The notes beneath the pieces were generated by a model, which searched no databases, was not told the DNA's origin, and saw only the letters and a program-made list of their open reading frames with translations. Positions 25,401 to 39,300 of a stretch of DNA of 64,000 nucleotides are shown in pieces. The DNA is taken from the NCBI GenBank assembly GCA_964057225.1, contig OZ059894.1:19654001-19718000 (forward strand), in the 5' to 3' direction. The position numbers and the translations under genes are program-made. Position 1 is the first letter of the stretch. Each line of letters starts with the position of its first letter. The DNA comes from Auanema rhodensis (lineage: Eukaryota; Animalia; Nematoda).

Positions 25401-27360
25401 GCAAAAAGTAGATGTTTTTAGATTCCTTTTTTCAAGGCAAAGACGATGGACAATGTTATTCAACGAAAAAATTAATTCTTCAGGGTGAAAATCGAGGATA
25501 TAAGTGTGAACTTATATCAGTTGATATCTCGGTGCATTTTTAAGCTAGCGCAAATCTGATAACACAGATCGACGCAGCTTAAAAATCCGCATCGAATGCA
25601 ATATACTACATTGAGAAACGCTTAATACAAAAATTAGTTATGATCGTTTGAAAAATGATGCATTAGTGTATGTTGAGTTTCCATGTACACTCAACATTGC
25701 TTCCAAAAACATTTTGACAAAAATTTTTTCGAAAAATTTCAAAATAATTTAGCAAAAAGTAGATGTTTTTAGATTCCATTTTTCAAGGCAAAGACGATGG
25801 ACAATGTTATTCAACGAAAAAATTAATTCTTCAGGGTGAAAATCGAGGATATAAGTGTGAACTTATATCAGTTGATATCTCGGTGCATTTTTAAACTAGC
25901 GCAAATCTGATAACACAGATCGACGCAGCTTAAAAATCCGCATCGAATGCACTATACTACATTGAGAAACGCTAAATACAAAAATTAGTTATGATCGTTT
26001 GAAAAATGATGCATTAGTGTATGTTGAGTTTCCATGTACACTCAACATTGCTTCCAAAAACATTTTGACAAAAATTTTTTCGAAAAATTTCAGAATAATT
26101 TAGCAAAAAGTAGATGTTTTTAGATTCCATTTTTCAAGGCAAAGACGATGGACAATGTTATTCAACGAAAAAATTAATTCTTCAGGGTGAAAATCGAGGA
26201 TATAAGTGTGAACTTATATCAGTTGATATCTCGGTGCATTTTTAAGCTAGCGCAAATCTGATAACACAGATCGACGCAGCTTAAAAATCCGCATCGAATG
26301 CACTATACTACATTGAGAAACGCTTAATACAAAAATTAGTTATGATCGTTTGAAAAATGATGCATTAGTGTATGTTGAGTTTCCATGTACACTCAACATT
26401 GCTTCCAAAAACATTTTGACAAAAATTTTTTCGAAAAATTTCAAAATAATTTAGCAAAAAGTAGATGTTTTTAGATTCCTTTTTTCAAGGCAAAGACGAT
26501 GGACAATGTTATTCAACGAAAAAATCAATTCTTCAGGGTGAAAATCGAGGATATAAGTGTGAACTTATATCAGTTGATATCTCGGTGCATTTTTAAACTA
26601 GCGCAAATCTGATAACACAGATCGACGCAGCTTAAAAATCCGCATCGAATGCACTATACTACATTGAGAAACGCTTAATACAAAAATTAGTTATGATCGT
26701 TTGAAAAATGATGCATTAGTGTATGTTGAGTTTCCATGTACACTCAACATTGCTTCCAAAAACATTTTGACAAAAATTTTTTCGAAAAATTTCAGAATAA
26801 TTTAGCAAAAAGTAGATGTTTTTAGATTCCATTTTTCAAGGCAAAGACGATGGACAATGTTATTCAACGAAAAAATTAATTCTTCAGGGTGAAAATCGAG
26901 GATATAAGTGTGAACTTATATCAGTTGATATCTCGGTGCATTTTTAAGCTAGCGCAAATCTGATAACACAGATCGACGCAGCTTAAAAGTCCGCATCGAA
27001 TGCACTTTACTACATTGAGAAACGCTTAATACAAAAATTAGTTATGATCGTTTGAAAAATGATGCATTAGTGTATGTTGAGTTTCCATGTACACTCAACA
27101 TTGCTTCCAAAAACATTTTGACAAAAATTTTTTCGAAAAATTTCAGAATAATTTAGCAAAAAGTAGATGTTTTTAGATTCCATTTTTCAAGGCAAAGACG
27201 ATGGACAATGTTATTCAACGAAAAAATTAATTCTTCAGGGTGAAAATCGGGGATATAAGTGTGAACTTATATCAGTTGATATCTCGGTGCATTTTTAAGC
27301 TAGCGCAAATCTGATAACACAGATCGACGCAGTTTAAAATCCGCATCGAATGCACTATAC

Positions 27361-30300
27361 TCATTGAAAAACGCTTAATACAAAAATTAGTTATGATCGT
27401 TCGAAAAATGATGCATTAGTGTATGTTGAGTTTCCATGTACACTCAACATTGCTTCCAAAAACATTTTGACAAAAATTTTTTCGAAAAATTTCAGAATAA
27501 TTTAGCAAAAAGTAGATGTTTTTAGATTCCTTTTTTCAAGGCAAAAACGATGGTCAATGTTATTCAACGAAAAAATCAATTCTTCAGGGTGAAAATCGAG
27601 GATATAAGTGTGAACTTATATCAGTTGATATCTCGGTGCATTTTTAAACTAGCGCAAATCTGATAACACAGATCGACGCAGCTTAAAAATCCGCATCGAA
27701 TGCACTATACTACATTGAGAATCGCTTAATACAAAAATTAGTTATGATCGTTTGAAAAATGATGCATTAGTGCATGTTGAGTTTCCATGTACACTCAACA
27801 TTGCTTCCAAAAACATTTTGACAAAAATTTTTTCGAAAAATTTCAGAATAATTTAGCAAAAAGTAGATGTTTTTAGATTCCATTTTTCAAGGCAAAGACG
27901 ATGGACAATGTTATTCAACGAAAAAATTAATTCTTCAGGGTGAAAATCGAGGATATAAGTGTGAACTTATATCAGTTGATATCTCGGTGCATTTTTAAGC
28001 TAGCGCAAATCTGATAACACAGATCGACGCAGCTTAAAAATCCGCATCGAATGCACTATACTACATTGAGAAACGCTTAATACAAAAATTAGTTATGATC
28101 GTTTGAAAAATGATGCATTAGTGTATGTTGAGTTTCCATGTACACTCAACATTGCTTCCAAAAACATTTTGACAAAAATTTTTTCGAAAAATTTCAAAAT
28201 AATTTAGCAAAAAGTAGATGTTTTTAGATTCCTTTTTCCAAGGCAAAGACGATGGACAATGTTATTCAACGAAAAAATTAATTCTTCAGGGTGAAAATCG
28301 AGGATATAAGTGTGAACTTATATCAGTTGATATCTCGGTGCATTTTTAAGCTAGCGCAAATCTGCTAACACAGATCGACGCAGCTTAAAAATCCGCATCG
28401 AATGCACTATACTACATTGAGAAACGCTTAATACAAAAATTAGTTATGATCGTTTGAAAAATGATGCATTAGTGTATGTTGAGTTTTCATGTACACTCAA
28501 CATTGCTTCCAAAAACATTTTGACAAAAATTTTTTCGAAAAATTTCAGAATAATTTAGCAAAAAGTAGATGTTTTTAGATTCCTTTTTTCAAGGCAAAAA
28601 CGATGGTCAATGTTATTCAACGAAAAAATCAATTCTTCAGGGTGAAAATCGAGGATATAAGTGTGAACTTATATCAGTTGATATCTCGGTGCATTTTTAA
28701 ACTAGCGCAAATCTGATAACACAGATCGACGCAGCTTAAAAATCCGCATCGAATGCACTATACTACATTGAGAAACGCTTAATACAAAAATTAGTTATGA
28801 TCGTTTGAAAAATGATGCATTAGTGCATGTTGAGTTTCCATGTACACTCAACATTGCTTCCAAAAACATTTTGACAAAAATTTTTTCGAAAAATTTCAGA
28901 ATAATTTAGCAAAAAGTAGATGTTTTTAGATTCCTTTTTTCAAGGCAAAAACGATGGTCAATGTTATTCAACGAAAAAATCAATTCTTCAGGGTGAAAAT
29001 CGAGGATATAAGTGTGAACTTATATCAGTTGATATCTCGGTGCATTTTTAAACTAGCGCAAATCTGATAACACAGATCGACGCAGCTTAAAAATCCGCAT
29101 CGAATGCACTATACTACATTGAGAATCGCTTAATACAAAAATTAGTTATGATCGTTTGAAAAATGATGCATTAGTGCATGTTGAGTTTCCATGTACACTC
29201 AACATTGCTTCCAAAAACATTTTGACAAAAATTTTTTCGAAAAATTTCAGAATAATTTAGCAAAAAGTAGATGTTTTTAGATTCCATTTTTCAAGGCAAA
29301 GACGATGGACAATGTTATTCAACGAAAAAATTAATTCTTCAGGGTGAAAATCGAGGATATAAGTGTGAACTTATATCAGTTGATATCTCGGTGCATTTTT
29401 AAGCTAGCGCAAATCTGATAACACAGATCGACGCAGCTTAAAAATCCGCATCGAATGCACTATACTACATTGAGAAACGCTTAATACAAAAATTAGTTAT
29501 GATCGTTTGAAAAATGATGCATTAGTGTATGTTGAGTTTCCATGTACACTCAACATTGCTTCCAAAAACATTTTGACAAAAATTTTTTCGAAAAATTTCA
29601 AAATAATTTAGCAAAAAGTAGATGTTTTTAGATTCCTTTTTCCAAGGCAAAGACGATGGACAATGTTATTCAACGAAAAAATTAATTCTTCAGGGTGAAA
29701 ATCGAGGATATAAGTGTGAACTTATATCAGTTGATATCTCGGTGCATTTTTAAGCTAGCGCAAATCTGCTAACACAGATCGACGCAGCTTAAAAATCCGC
29801 ATCGAATGCACTATACTACATTGAGAAACGCTTAATACAAAAATTAGTTATGATCGTTTGAAAAATGATGCATTAGTGTATGTTGAGTTTTCATGTACAC
29901 TCAACATTGCTTCCAAAAACATTTTGACAAAAATTTTTTCGAAAAATTTCAGAATAATTTAGCAAAAAGTAGATGTTTTTAGATTCCTTTTTTCAAGGCA
30001 AAAACGATGGTCAATGTTATTCAACGAAAAAATCAATTCTTCAGGGTGAAAATCGAGGATATAAGTGTGAACTTATATCAGTTGATATCTCGGTGCATTT
30101 TTAAACTAGCGCAAATCTGATAACACAGATCGACGCAGCTTAAAAATCCGCATCGAATGCACTATACTACATTGAGAAACGCTTAATACAAAAATTAGTT
30201 ATGATCGTTTGAAAAATGATGCATTAGTGCATGTTGAGTTTCCATGTACACTCAACATTGCTTCCAAAAACATTTTGACAAAAATTTTTTCGAAAAATTT

Positions 30301-33300
30301 CAGAATAATTTAGCAAAAAGTAGATGTTTTTAGATTCCATTTTTCAAGGCAAAGACGATGGACAATGTTATTCAACGAAAAAATTAATTCTTCAGGGTGA
30401 AAATCGAGGATATAAGTGTGAACTTATATCAGTTGATATCTCGGTGCATTTTTAAGCTAGCGCAAATCTGATAACACAGATCGACGCAGCTTAAAAATCC
30501 GCATCGAATGCACTATACTACATTGAGAAACGCTTAATACAAAAATTAGTTATGATCGTTTGAAAAATGATGCATTAGTGTATGTTGAGTTTCCATGTAC
30601 ACTCAACATTGCTTCCAAAAACATTTTGACAAAAATTTTTTCGAAAAATTTCAAAATAATTTAGCAAAAAGTAGATGTTTTTAGATTCCTTTTTCCAAGG
30701 CAAAGACGATGGACAATGTTATTCAACGAAAAAATTAATTCTTCAGGGTGAAAATCGAGGATATAAGTGTGAACTTATATCAGTTGATATCTCGGTGCAT
30801 TTTTAAGCTAGCGCAAATCTGCTAACACAGATCGACGCAGCTTAAAAATCCGCATCGAATGCACTATACTACATTGAGAAACGCTTAATACAAAAATTAG
30901 TTATGATCGTTTGAAAAATGATGCATTAGTGTATGTTGAGTTTTCATGTACACTCAACATTGCTTCCAAAAACATTTTGACAAAAATTTTTTCGAAAAAT
31001 TTCAGAATAATTTAGCAAAAAGTAGATGTTTTTAGATTCCTTTTTTCAAGGCAAAAACGATGGTCAATGTTATTCAACGAAAAAATCAATTCTTCAGGGT
31101 GAAAATCGAGGATATAAGTGTGAACTTATATCAGTTGATATCTCGGTGCATTTTTAAACTAGCGCAAATCTGATAACACAGATCGACGCAGCTTAAAAAT
31201 CCGCATCGAATGCACTATACTACATTGAGAAACGCTTAATACAAAAATTAGTTATGATCGTTTGAAAAATGATGCATTAGTGCATGTTGAGTTTCCATGT
31301 ACACTCAACATTGCTTCCAAAAACATTTTGACAAAAATTTTTTCGAAAAATTTCAGAATAATTTAGCAAAAAGTAGATGTTTTTAGATTCCATTTTTCAA
31401 GGCAAAGACGATGGACAATGTTATTCAACGAAAAAATTAATTCTTCAGGGTGAAAATCGAGGATATAAGTGTGAACTTATATCAGTTGATATCTCGGTGC
31501 ATTTTTAAGCTAGCGCAAATCTGATAACACAGATCGACGCAGCTTAAAAATCCGCATCGAATGCACTATACTACATTGAGAAACGCTTAATACAAAAATT
31601 AGTTATGATCGTTTGAAAAATGATGCATTAGTGTATGTTGAGTTTCCATGTACACTCAACATTGCTTCCAAAAACATTTTGACAAAAATTTTTTCGAAAA
31701 ATTTCAAAATAATTTAGCAAAAAGTAGATGTTTTTAGATTCCTTTTTTCAAGGCAAAGACGATGGACAATGTTATTCAACGAAAAAATTAATTCTTCAGG
31801 GTGAAAATCGAGGATATAAGTGTGAACTTATATCAGTTGATATCTCGGTGCATTTTTAAGCTAGCGCAAATCTGCTAACACAGATCGACGCAGCTTAAAA
31901 ATCCGCATCGAATGCACTATACTACATTGAGAAACGCTTAATACAAAAATTAGTTATGATCGTTTGAAAAATGATGCATTAGTGTATGTTGAGTTTTCAT
32001 GTACACTCAACATTGCTTCCAAAAACATTTTGACAAAAATTTTTTCGAAAAATTTCAGAATAATTTAGCAAAAAGTAGATGTTTTTAGATTCCTTTTTTC
32101 AAGGCAAAAACGATGGTCAATGTTATTCAACGAAAAAATCAATTCTTCAGGGTGAAAATCGAGGATATAAGTGTGAACTTATATCAGTTGATATCTCGGT
32201 GCATTTTTAAACTAGCGCAAATCTGATAACACAGATCGACGCAGCTTAAAAATCCGCATCGAATGCACTATACTACATTGAGAAACGCTTAATACAAAAA
32301 TTAGTTATGATCGTTTGAAAAATGATGCATTAGTGCATGTTGAGTTTCCATGTACACTCAACATTGCTTCCAAAAACATTTTGACAAAAATTTTTTCGAA
32401 AAATTTCAGAATAATTTAGCAAAAAGTAGATGTTTTTAGATTCCATTTTTCAAGGCAAAGACGATGGACAATGTTATTCAACGAAAAAATTAATTCTTCA
32501 GGGTGAAAATCGAGGATATAAGTATGAACTTATATCAGTTGATATCTCGGTGCATTTTTAAGCTAGCGCAAATCTGATAACACAGATCGACGCAGCTTAA
32601 AAATCCGCATCGAATGCACTATACTACATTGAGAAACGCTTAATACAAAAATTAGTTATGATCGTTTGAAAAATGATGCATTAGTGTATGTTGAGTTTCC
32701 ATGTACACTCAACATTGCTTCCAAAAACATTTTGACAAAAATTTTTTCGAAAAATTTCAGAATAATTTAGCAAAAAGTAGATGTTTTTAGATTCCTTTTT
32801 TCAAGGCAAAGACGATGGACAATGTTATTCAACGAAAAAATTAAATCTTCAGGGTGAAAATCGAGGATATAAGTGTGAACTTATATCAGTTGATATCTCG
32901 GTGCATTTTTAAGCTAGCGCAAATCTGATAACACAGATCGACGCAGCTTAAAAATCCGCATCGAATGCACTATACTACATTGAGAAACGCTTAATACAAA
33001 AATTAGTTATGATCGTTTGAAAAATGATGCATTAGTGTATGTTGAGTTTCCATGTACACTCAACATTGCTTCCAAAAACATTTTGACAAAAATTTTTTCG
33101 AAAAATTTCAAAATAATTTAGCAAAAAGTAGATGTTTTTAGATTCCTTTTTTCAAGGCAAAGACGATGGACAATGTTATTCAACGAAAAAATTAATTCTT
33201 CAGGGTGAAAATCGAGGATATAAGTGTGAACTTATATCAGTTGATATCTCGGTGCATTTTTAAGCTAGCGCAAATCTGCTAACACAGATCGACGCAGCTT

Positions 33301-36300
33301 AAAAATCCGCATCGAATGCACTATACTACATTGAGAAACGCTTAATACAAAAATTAGTTATGATCGTTTGAAAAATGATGCATTAGTGTATGTTGAGTTT
33401 TCATGTACACTCAACATTGCTTCCAAAAACATTTTGACAAAAATTTTTTCGAAAAATTTCAGAATAATTTAGCAAAAAGTAGATGTTTTTAGATTCCTTT
33501 TTTCAAGGCAAAAACGATGGTCAATGTTATTCAACGAAAAAATCAATTCTTCAGGGTGAAAATCGAGGATATAAGTGTGAACTTATATCAGTTGATATCT
33601 CGGTGCATTTTTAAACTAGCGCAAATCTGATAACACAGATCGACGCAGCTTAAAAATCCGCATCGAATGCACTATACTACATTGAGAAACGCTTAATACA
33701 AAAATTAGTTATGATCGTTTGAAAAATGATGCATTAGTGCATGTTGAGTTTCCATGTACACTCAACATTGCTTCCAAAAACATTTTGACAAAAATTTTTT
33801 CGAAAAATTTCAGAATAATTTAGCAAAAAGTAGATGTTTTTAGATTCCATTTTTCAAGGCAAAGACGATGGACAATGTTATTCAACGAAAAAATTAATTC
33901 TTCAGGGTGAAAATCGAGGATATAAGTATGAACTTATATCAGTTGATATCTCGGTGCATTTTTAAGCTAGCGCAAATCTGATAACACAGATCGACGCAGC
34001 TTAAAAATCCGCATCGAATGCACTATACTACATTGAGAAACGCTTAATACAAAAATTAGTTATGATCGTTTGAAAAATGATGCATTAGTGTATGTTGAGT
34101 TTCCATGTACACTCAACATTGCTTCCAAAAACATTTTGACAAAAATTTTTTCGAAAAATTTCAGAATAATTTAGCAAAAAGTAGATGTTTTTAGATTCCT
34201 TTTTTCAAGGCAAAGACGATGGACAATGTTATTCAACGAAAAAATTAATTCTTCAGGGTGAAAATCGAGGATATAAGTGTGAACTTATATCAGTTGATAT
34301 CTCGGTGCATTTTTAAGCTAGCGCAAATCTGATAACACAGATCGACGCAGCTTAAAAGTCCGCATCGAATGCACTTTACTACATTGAGAAACGCTTAATA
34401 CAAAAATTAGTTATGATCGTTTGAAAAATGATGCATTAGTGTATGTTGAGTTTCCATGTACACTCAACATTGCTTCCAAAAACATTTTGACAAAAATTTT
34501 TTCGAAAAATTTCAGAATAATTTAGCAAAAAGTAGATGTTTTTAGATTCCATTTTTCAAGGCAAAGACGATGGACAATGTTATTCAACGAAAAAATTAAT
34601 TCTTCAGGGTGAAAATCGAGGATATAAGTGTGAACTTATATCAGTTGATATCTCGGTGCATTTTTAAGCTAGCGCAAATCTGATAACACAGATCGACGCA
34701 GTTTAAAATCCGCATCGAATGCACTATACTCATTGAAAAACGCTTAATACAAAAATTAGTTATGATCGTTCGAAAAATGATGCATTAGTGTATGTTGAGT
34801 TTCCATGTACACTCAACATTGCTTCCAAAAACATTTTGACAAAAATTTTTTCGAAAAATTTCAGAATAATTTAGCAAAAAGTAGATGTTTTTAGATTCCT
34901 TTTTTCAAGGCAAAAACGATGGTCAATGTTATTCAACGAAAAAATCAATTCTTCAGGGTGAAAATCGAGGATATAAGTGTGAACTTATATCAGTTGATAT
35001 CTCGGTGCATTTTTAAACTAGCGCAAATCTGATAACACAGATCGACGCAGCTTAAAAATCCGCATCGAATGCACTATACTACATTGAGAATCGCTTAATA
35101 CAAAAATTAGTTATGATCGTTTGAAAAATGATGCATTAGTGCATGTTGAGTTTCCATGTACACTCAACATTGCTTCCAAAAACATTTTGACAAAAATTTT
35201 TTCGAAAAATTTCAGAATAATTTAGCAAAAAGTAGATGTTTTTAGATTCCATTTTTCAAGGCAAAGACGATGGACAATGTTATTCAACGAAAAAATTAAT
35301 TCTTCAGGGTGAAAATCGAGGATATAAGTGTGAACTTATATCAGTTGATATCTCGGTGCATTTTTAAGCTAGCGCAAATCTGATAACACAGATCGACGCA
35401 GCTTAAAAATCCGCATCGAATGCACTATACTACATTGAGAATCGCTTAATACAAAAATTAGTTATGATCGTTTGAAAAATGATGCATTAGTGCATGTTGA
35501 GTTTCCATGTACACTCAACATTGCTTCCAAAAACATTTTGACAAAAATTTTTTCGAAAAATTTCAGAATAATTTAGCAAAAAGTAGATGTTTTTAGATTC
35601 CATTTTTCAAGGCAAAGACGATGGACAATGTTATTCAACGAAAAAATTAATTCTTCAGGGTGAAAATCGAGGATATAAGTGTGAACTTATATCAGTTGAT
35701 ATCTCGGTGCATTTTTAAGCTAGCGCAAATCTGATAACACAGATCGACGCAGCTTAAAAATCCGCATCGAATGCACTATACTACATTGAGAAACGCTTAA
35801 TACAAAAATTAGTTATGATCGTTTGAAAAATGATGCATTAGTGTATGTTGAGTTTCCATGTACACTCAACATTGCTTCCAAAAACATTTTGACAAAAATT
35901 TTTTCGAAAAATTTCAGAATAATTTAGCAAAAAGTAGATGTTTTTAGATTCCTTTTTTCAAGGCAAAAACGATGGTCAATGTTATTCAACGAAAAAATCA
36001 ATTCTTCAGGGTGAAAATCGAGGATATAAGTGTGAACTTATATCAGTTGATATCTCGGTGCATTTTTAAACTAGCGCAAATCTGATAACACAGATCGACG
36101 CAGCTTAAAAATCCGCATCGAATGCACTATACTACATTGAGAAACGCTTAATACAAAAATTAGTTATGATCGTTTGAAAAATGATGCATTAGTGCATGTT
36201 GAGTTTCCATGTACACTCAACATTGCTTCCAAAAACATTTTGACAAAAATTTTTTCGAAAAATTTCAGAATAATTTAGCAAAAAGTAGATGTTTTTAGAT

Positions 36301-39300
36301 TCCATTTTTCAAGGCAAAGACGATGGACAATGTTATTCAACGAAAAAATTAATTCTTCAGGGTGAAAATCGAGGATATAAGTATGAACTTATATCAGTTG
36401 ATATCTCGGTGCATTTTTAAGCTAGCGCAAATCTGATAACACAGATCGACGCAGCTTAAAAATCCGCATCGAATGCACTATACTACATTGAGAAACGCTT
36501 AATACAAAAATTAGTTATGATCGTTTGAAAAATGATGCATTAGTGTATGTTGAGTTTCCATGTACACTCAACATTGCTTCCAAAAACATTTTGACAAAAA
36601 TTTTTTCGAAAAATTTCAGAATAATTTAGCAAAAAGTAGATGTTTTTAGATTCCTTTTTTCAAGGCAAAGACGATGGACAATGTTATTCAACGAAAAAAT
36701 TAATTCTTCAGGGTGAAAATCGAGGATATAAGTGTGAACTTATATCAGTTGATATCTCGGTGCATTTTTAAGCTAGCGCAAATCTGATAACACAGATCGA
36801 CGCAGCTTAAAAGTCCGCATCGAATGCACTTTACTACATTGAGAAACGCTTAATACAAAAATTAGTTATGATCGTTTGAAAAATGATGCATTAGTGTATG
36901 TTGAGTTTCCATGTACACTCAACATTGCTTCCAAAAACATTTTGACAAAAATTTTTTCGAAAAATTTCAGAATAATTTAGCAAAAAGTAGATGTTTTTAG
37001 ATTCCATTTTTCAAGGCAAAGACGATGGACAATGTTATTCAACGAAAAAATTAATTCTTCAGGGTGAAAATCGAGGATATAAGTGTGAACTTATATCAGT
37101 TGATATCTCGGTGCATTTTTAAGCTAGCGCAAATCTGATAACACAGATCGACGCAGTTTAAAATCCGCATCGAATGCACTATACTCATTGAAAAACGCTT
37201 AATACAAAAATTAGTTATGATCGTTCGAAAAATGATGCATTAGTGTATGTTGAGTTTCCATGTACACTCAACATTGCTTCCAAAAACATTTTGACAAAAA
37301 TTTTTTCGAAAAATTTCAGAATAATTTAGCAAAAAGTAGATGTTTTTAGATTCCTTTTTTCAAGGCAAAAACGATGGTCAATGTTATTCAACGAAAAAAT
37401 CAATTCTTCAGGGTGAAAATCGAGGATATAAGTGTGAACTTATATCAGTTGATATCTCGGTGCATTTTTAAACTAGCGCAAATCTGATAACACAGATCGA
37501 CGCAGCTTAAAAATCCGCATCGAATGCACTATACTACATTGAGAATCGCTTAATACAAAAATTAGTTATGATCGTTTGAAAAATGATGCATTAGTGCATG
37601 TTGAGTTTCCATGTACACTCAACATTGCTTCCAAAAACATTTTGACAAAAATTTTTTCGAAAAATTTCAGAATAATTTAGCAAAAAGTAGATGTTTTTAG
37701 ATTCCATTTTTCAAGGCAAAGACGATGGACAATGTTATTCAACGAAAAAATTAATTCTTCAGGGTGAAAATCGAGGATATAAGTGTGAACTTATATCAGT
37801 TGATATCTCGGTGCATTTTTAAGCTAGCGCAAATCTGATAACACAGATCGACGCAGCTTAAAAATCCGCATCGAATGCACTATACTACATTGAGAATCGC
37901 TTAATACAAAAATTAGTTATGATCGTTTGAAAAATGATGCATTAGTGCATGTTGAGTTTCCATGTACACTCAACATTGCTTCCAAAAACATTTTGACAAA
38001 AATTTTTTCGAAAAATTTCAGAATAATTTAGCAAAAAGTAGATGTTTTTAGATTCCATTTTTCAAGGCAAAGACGATGGACAATGTTATTCAACGAAAAA
38101 ATTAATTCTTCAGGGTGAAAATCGAGGATATAAGTGTGAACTTATATCAGTTGATATCTCGGTGCATTTTTAAGCTAGCGCAAATCTGATAACACAGATC
38201 GACGCAGCTTAAAAATCCGCATCGAATGCACTATACTACATTGAGAAACGCTTAATACAAAAATTAGTTATGATCGTTTGAAAAATGATGCATTAGTGTA
38301 TGTTGAGTTTCCATGTACACTCAACATTGCTTCCAAAAACATTTTGACAAAAATTTTTTCGAAAAATTTCAAAATAATTTAGCAAAAAGTAGATGTTTTT
38401 AGATTCCTTTTTCCAAGGCAAAGACGATGGACAATGTTATTCAACGAAAAAATTAATTCTTCAGGGTGAAAATCGAGGATATAAGTGTGAACTTATATCA
38501 GTTGATATCTCGGTGCATTTTTAAGCTAGCGCAAATCTGCTAACACAGATCGACGCAGCTTAAAAATCCGCATCGAATGCACTATACTACATTGAGAAAC
38601 GCTTAATACAAAAATTAGTTATGATCGTTTGAAAAATGATGCATTAGTGTATGTTGAGTTTTCATGTACACTCAACATTGCTTCCAAAAACATTTTGACA
38701 AAAATTTTTTCGAAAAATTTCAGAATAATTTAGCAAAAAGTAGATGTTTTTAGATTCCTTTTTTCAAGGCAAAAACGATGGTCAATGTTATTCAACGAAA
38801 AAATCAATTCTTCAGGGTGAAAATCGAGGATATAAGTGTGAACTTATATCAGTTGATATCTCGGTGCATTTTTAAACTAGCGCAAATCTGATAACACAGA
38901 TCGACGCAGCTTAAAAATCCGCATCGAATGCACTATACTACATTGAGAAACGCTTAATACAAAAATTAGTTATGATCGTTTGAAAAATGATGCATTAGTG
39001 CATGTTGAGTTTCCATGTACACTCAACATTGCTTCCAAAAACATTTTGACAAAAATTTTTTCGAAAAATTTCAGAATAATTTAGCAAAAAGTAGATGTTT
39101 TTAGATTCCATTTTTCAAGGCAAAGACGATGGACAATGTTATTCAACGAAAAAATTAATTCTTCAGGGTGAAAATCGAGGATATAAGTGTGAACTTATAT
39201 CAGTTGATATCTCGGTGCATTTTTAAGCTAGCGCAAATCTGATAACACAGATCGACGCAGCTTAAAAATCCGCATCGAATGCACTATACTACATTGAGAA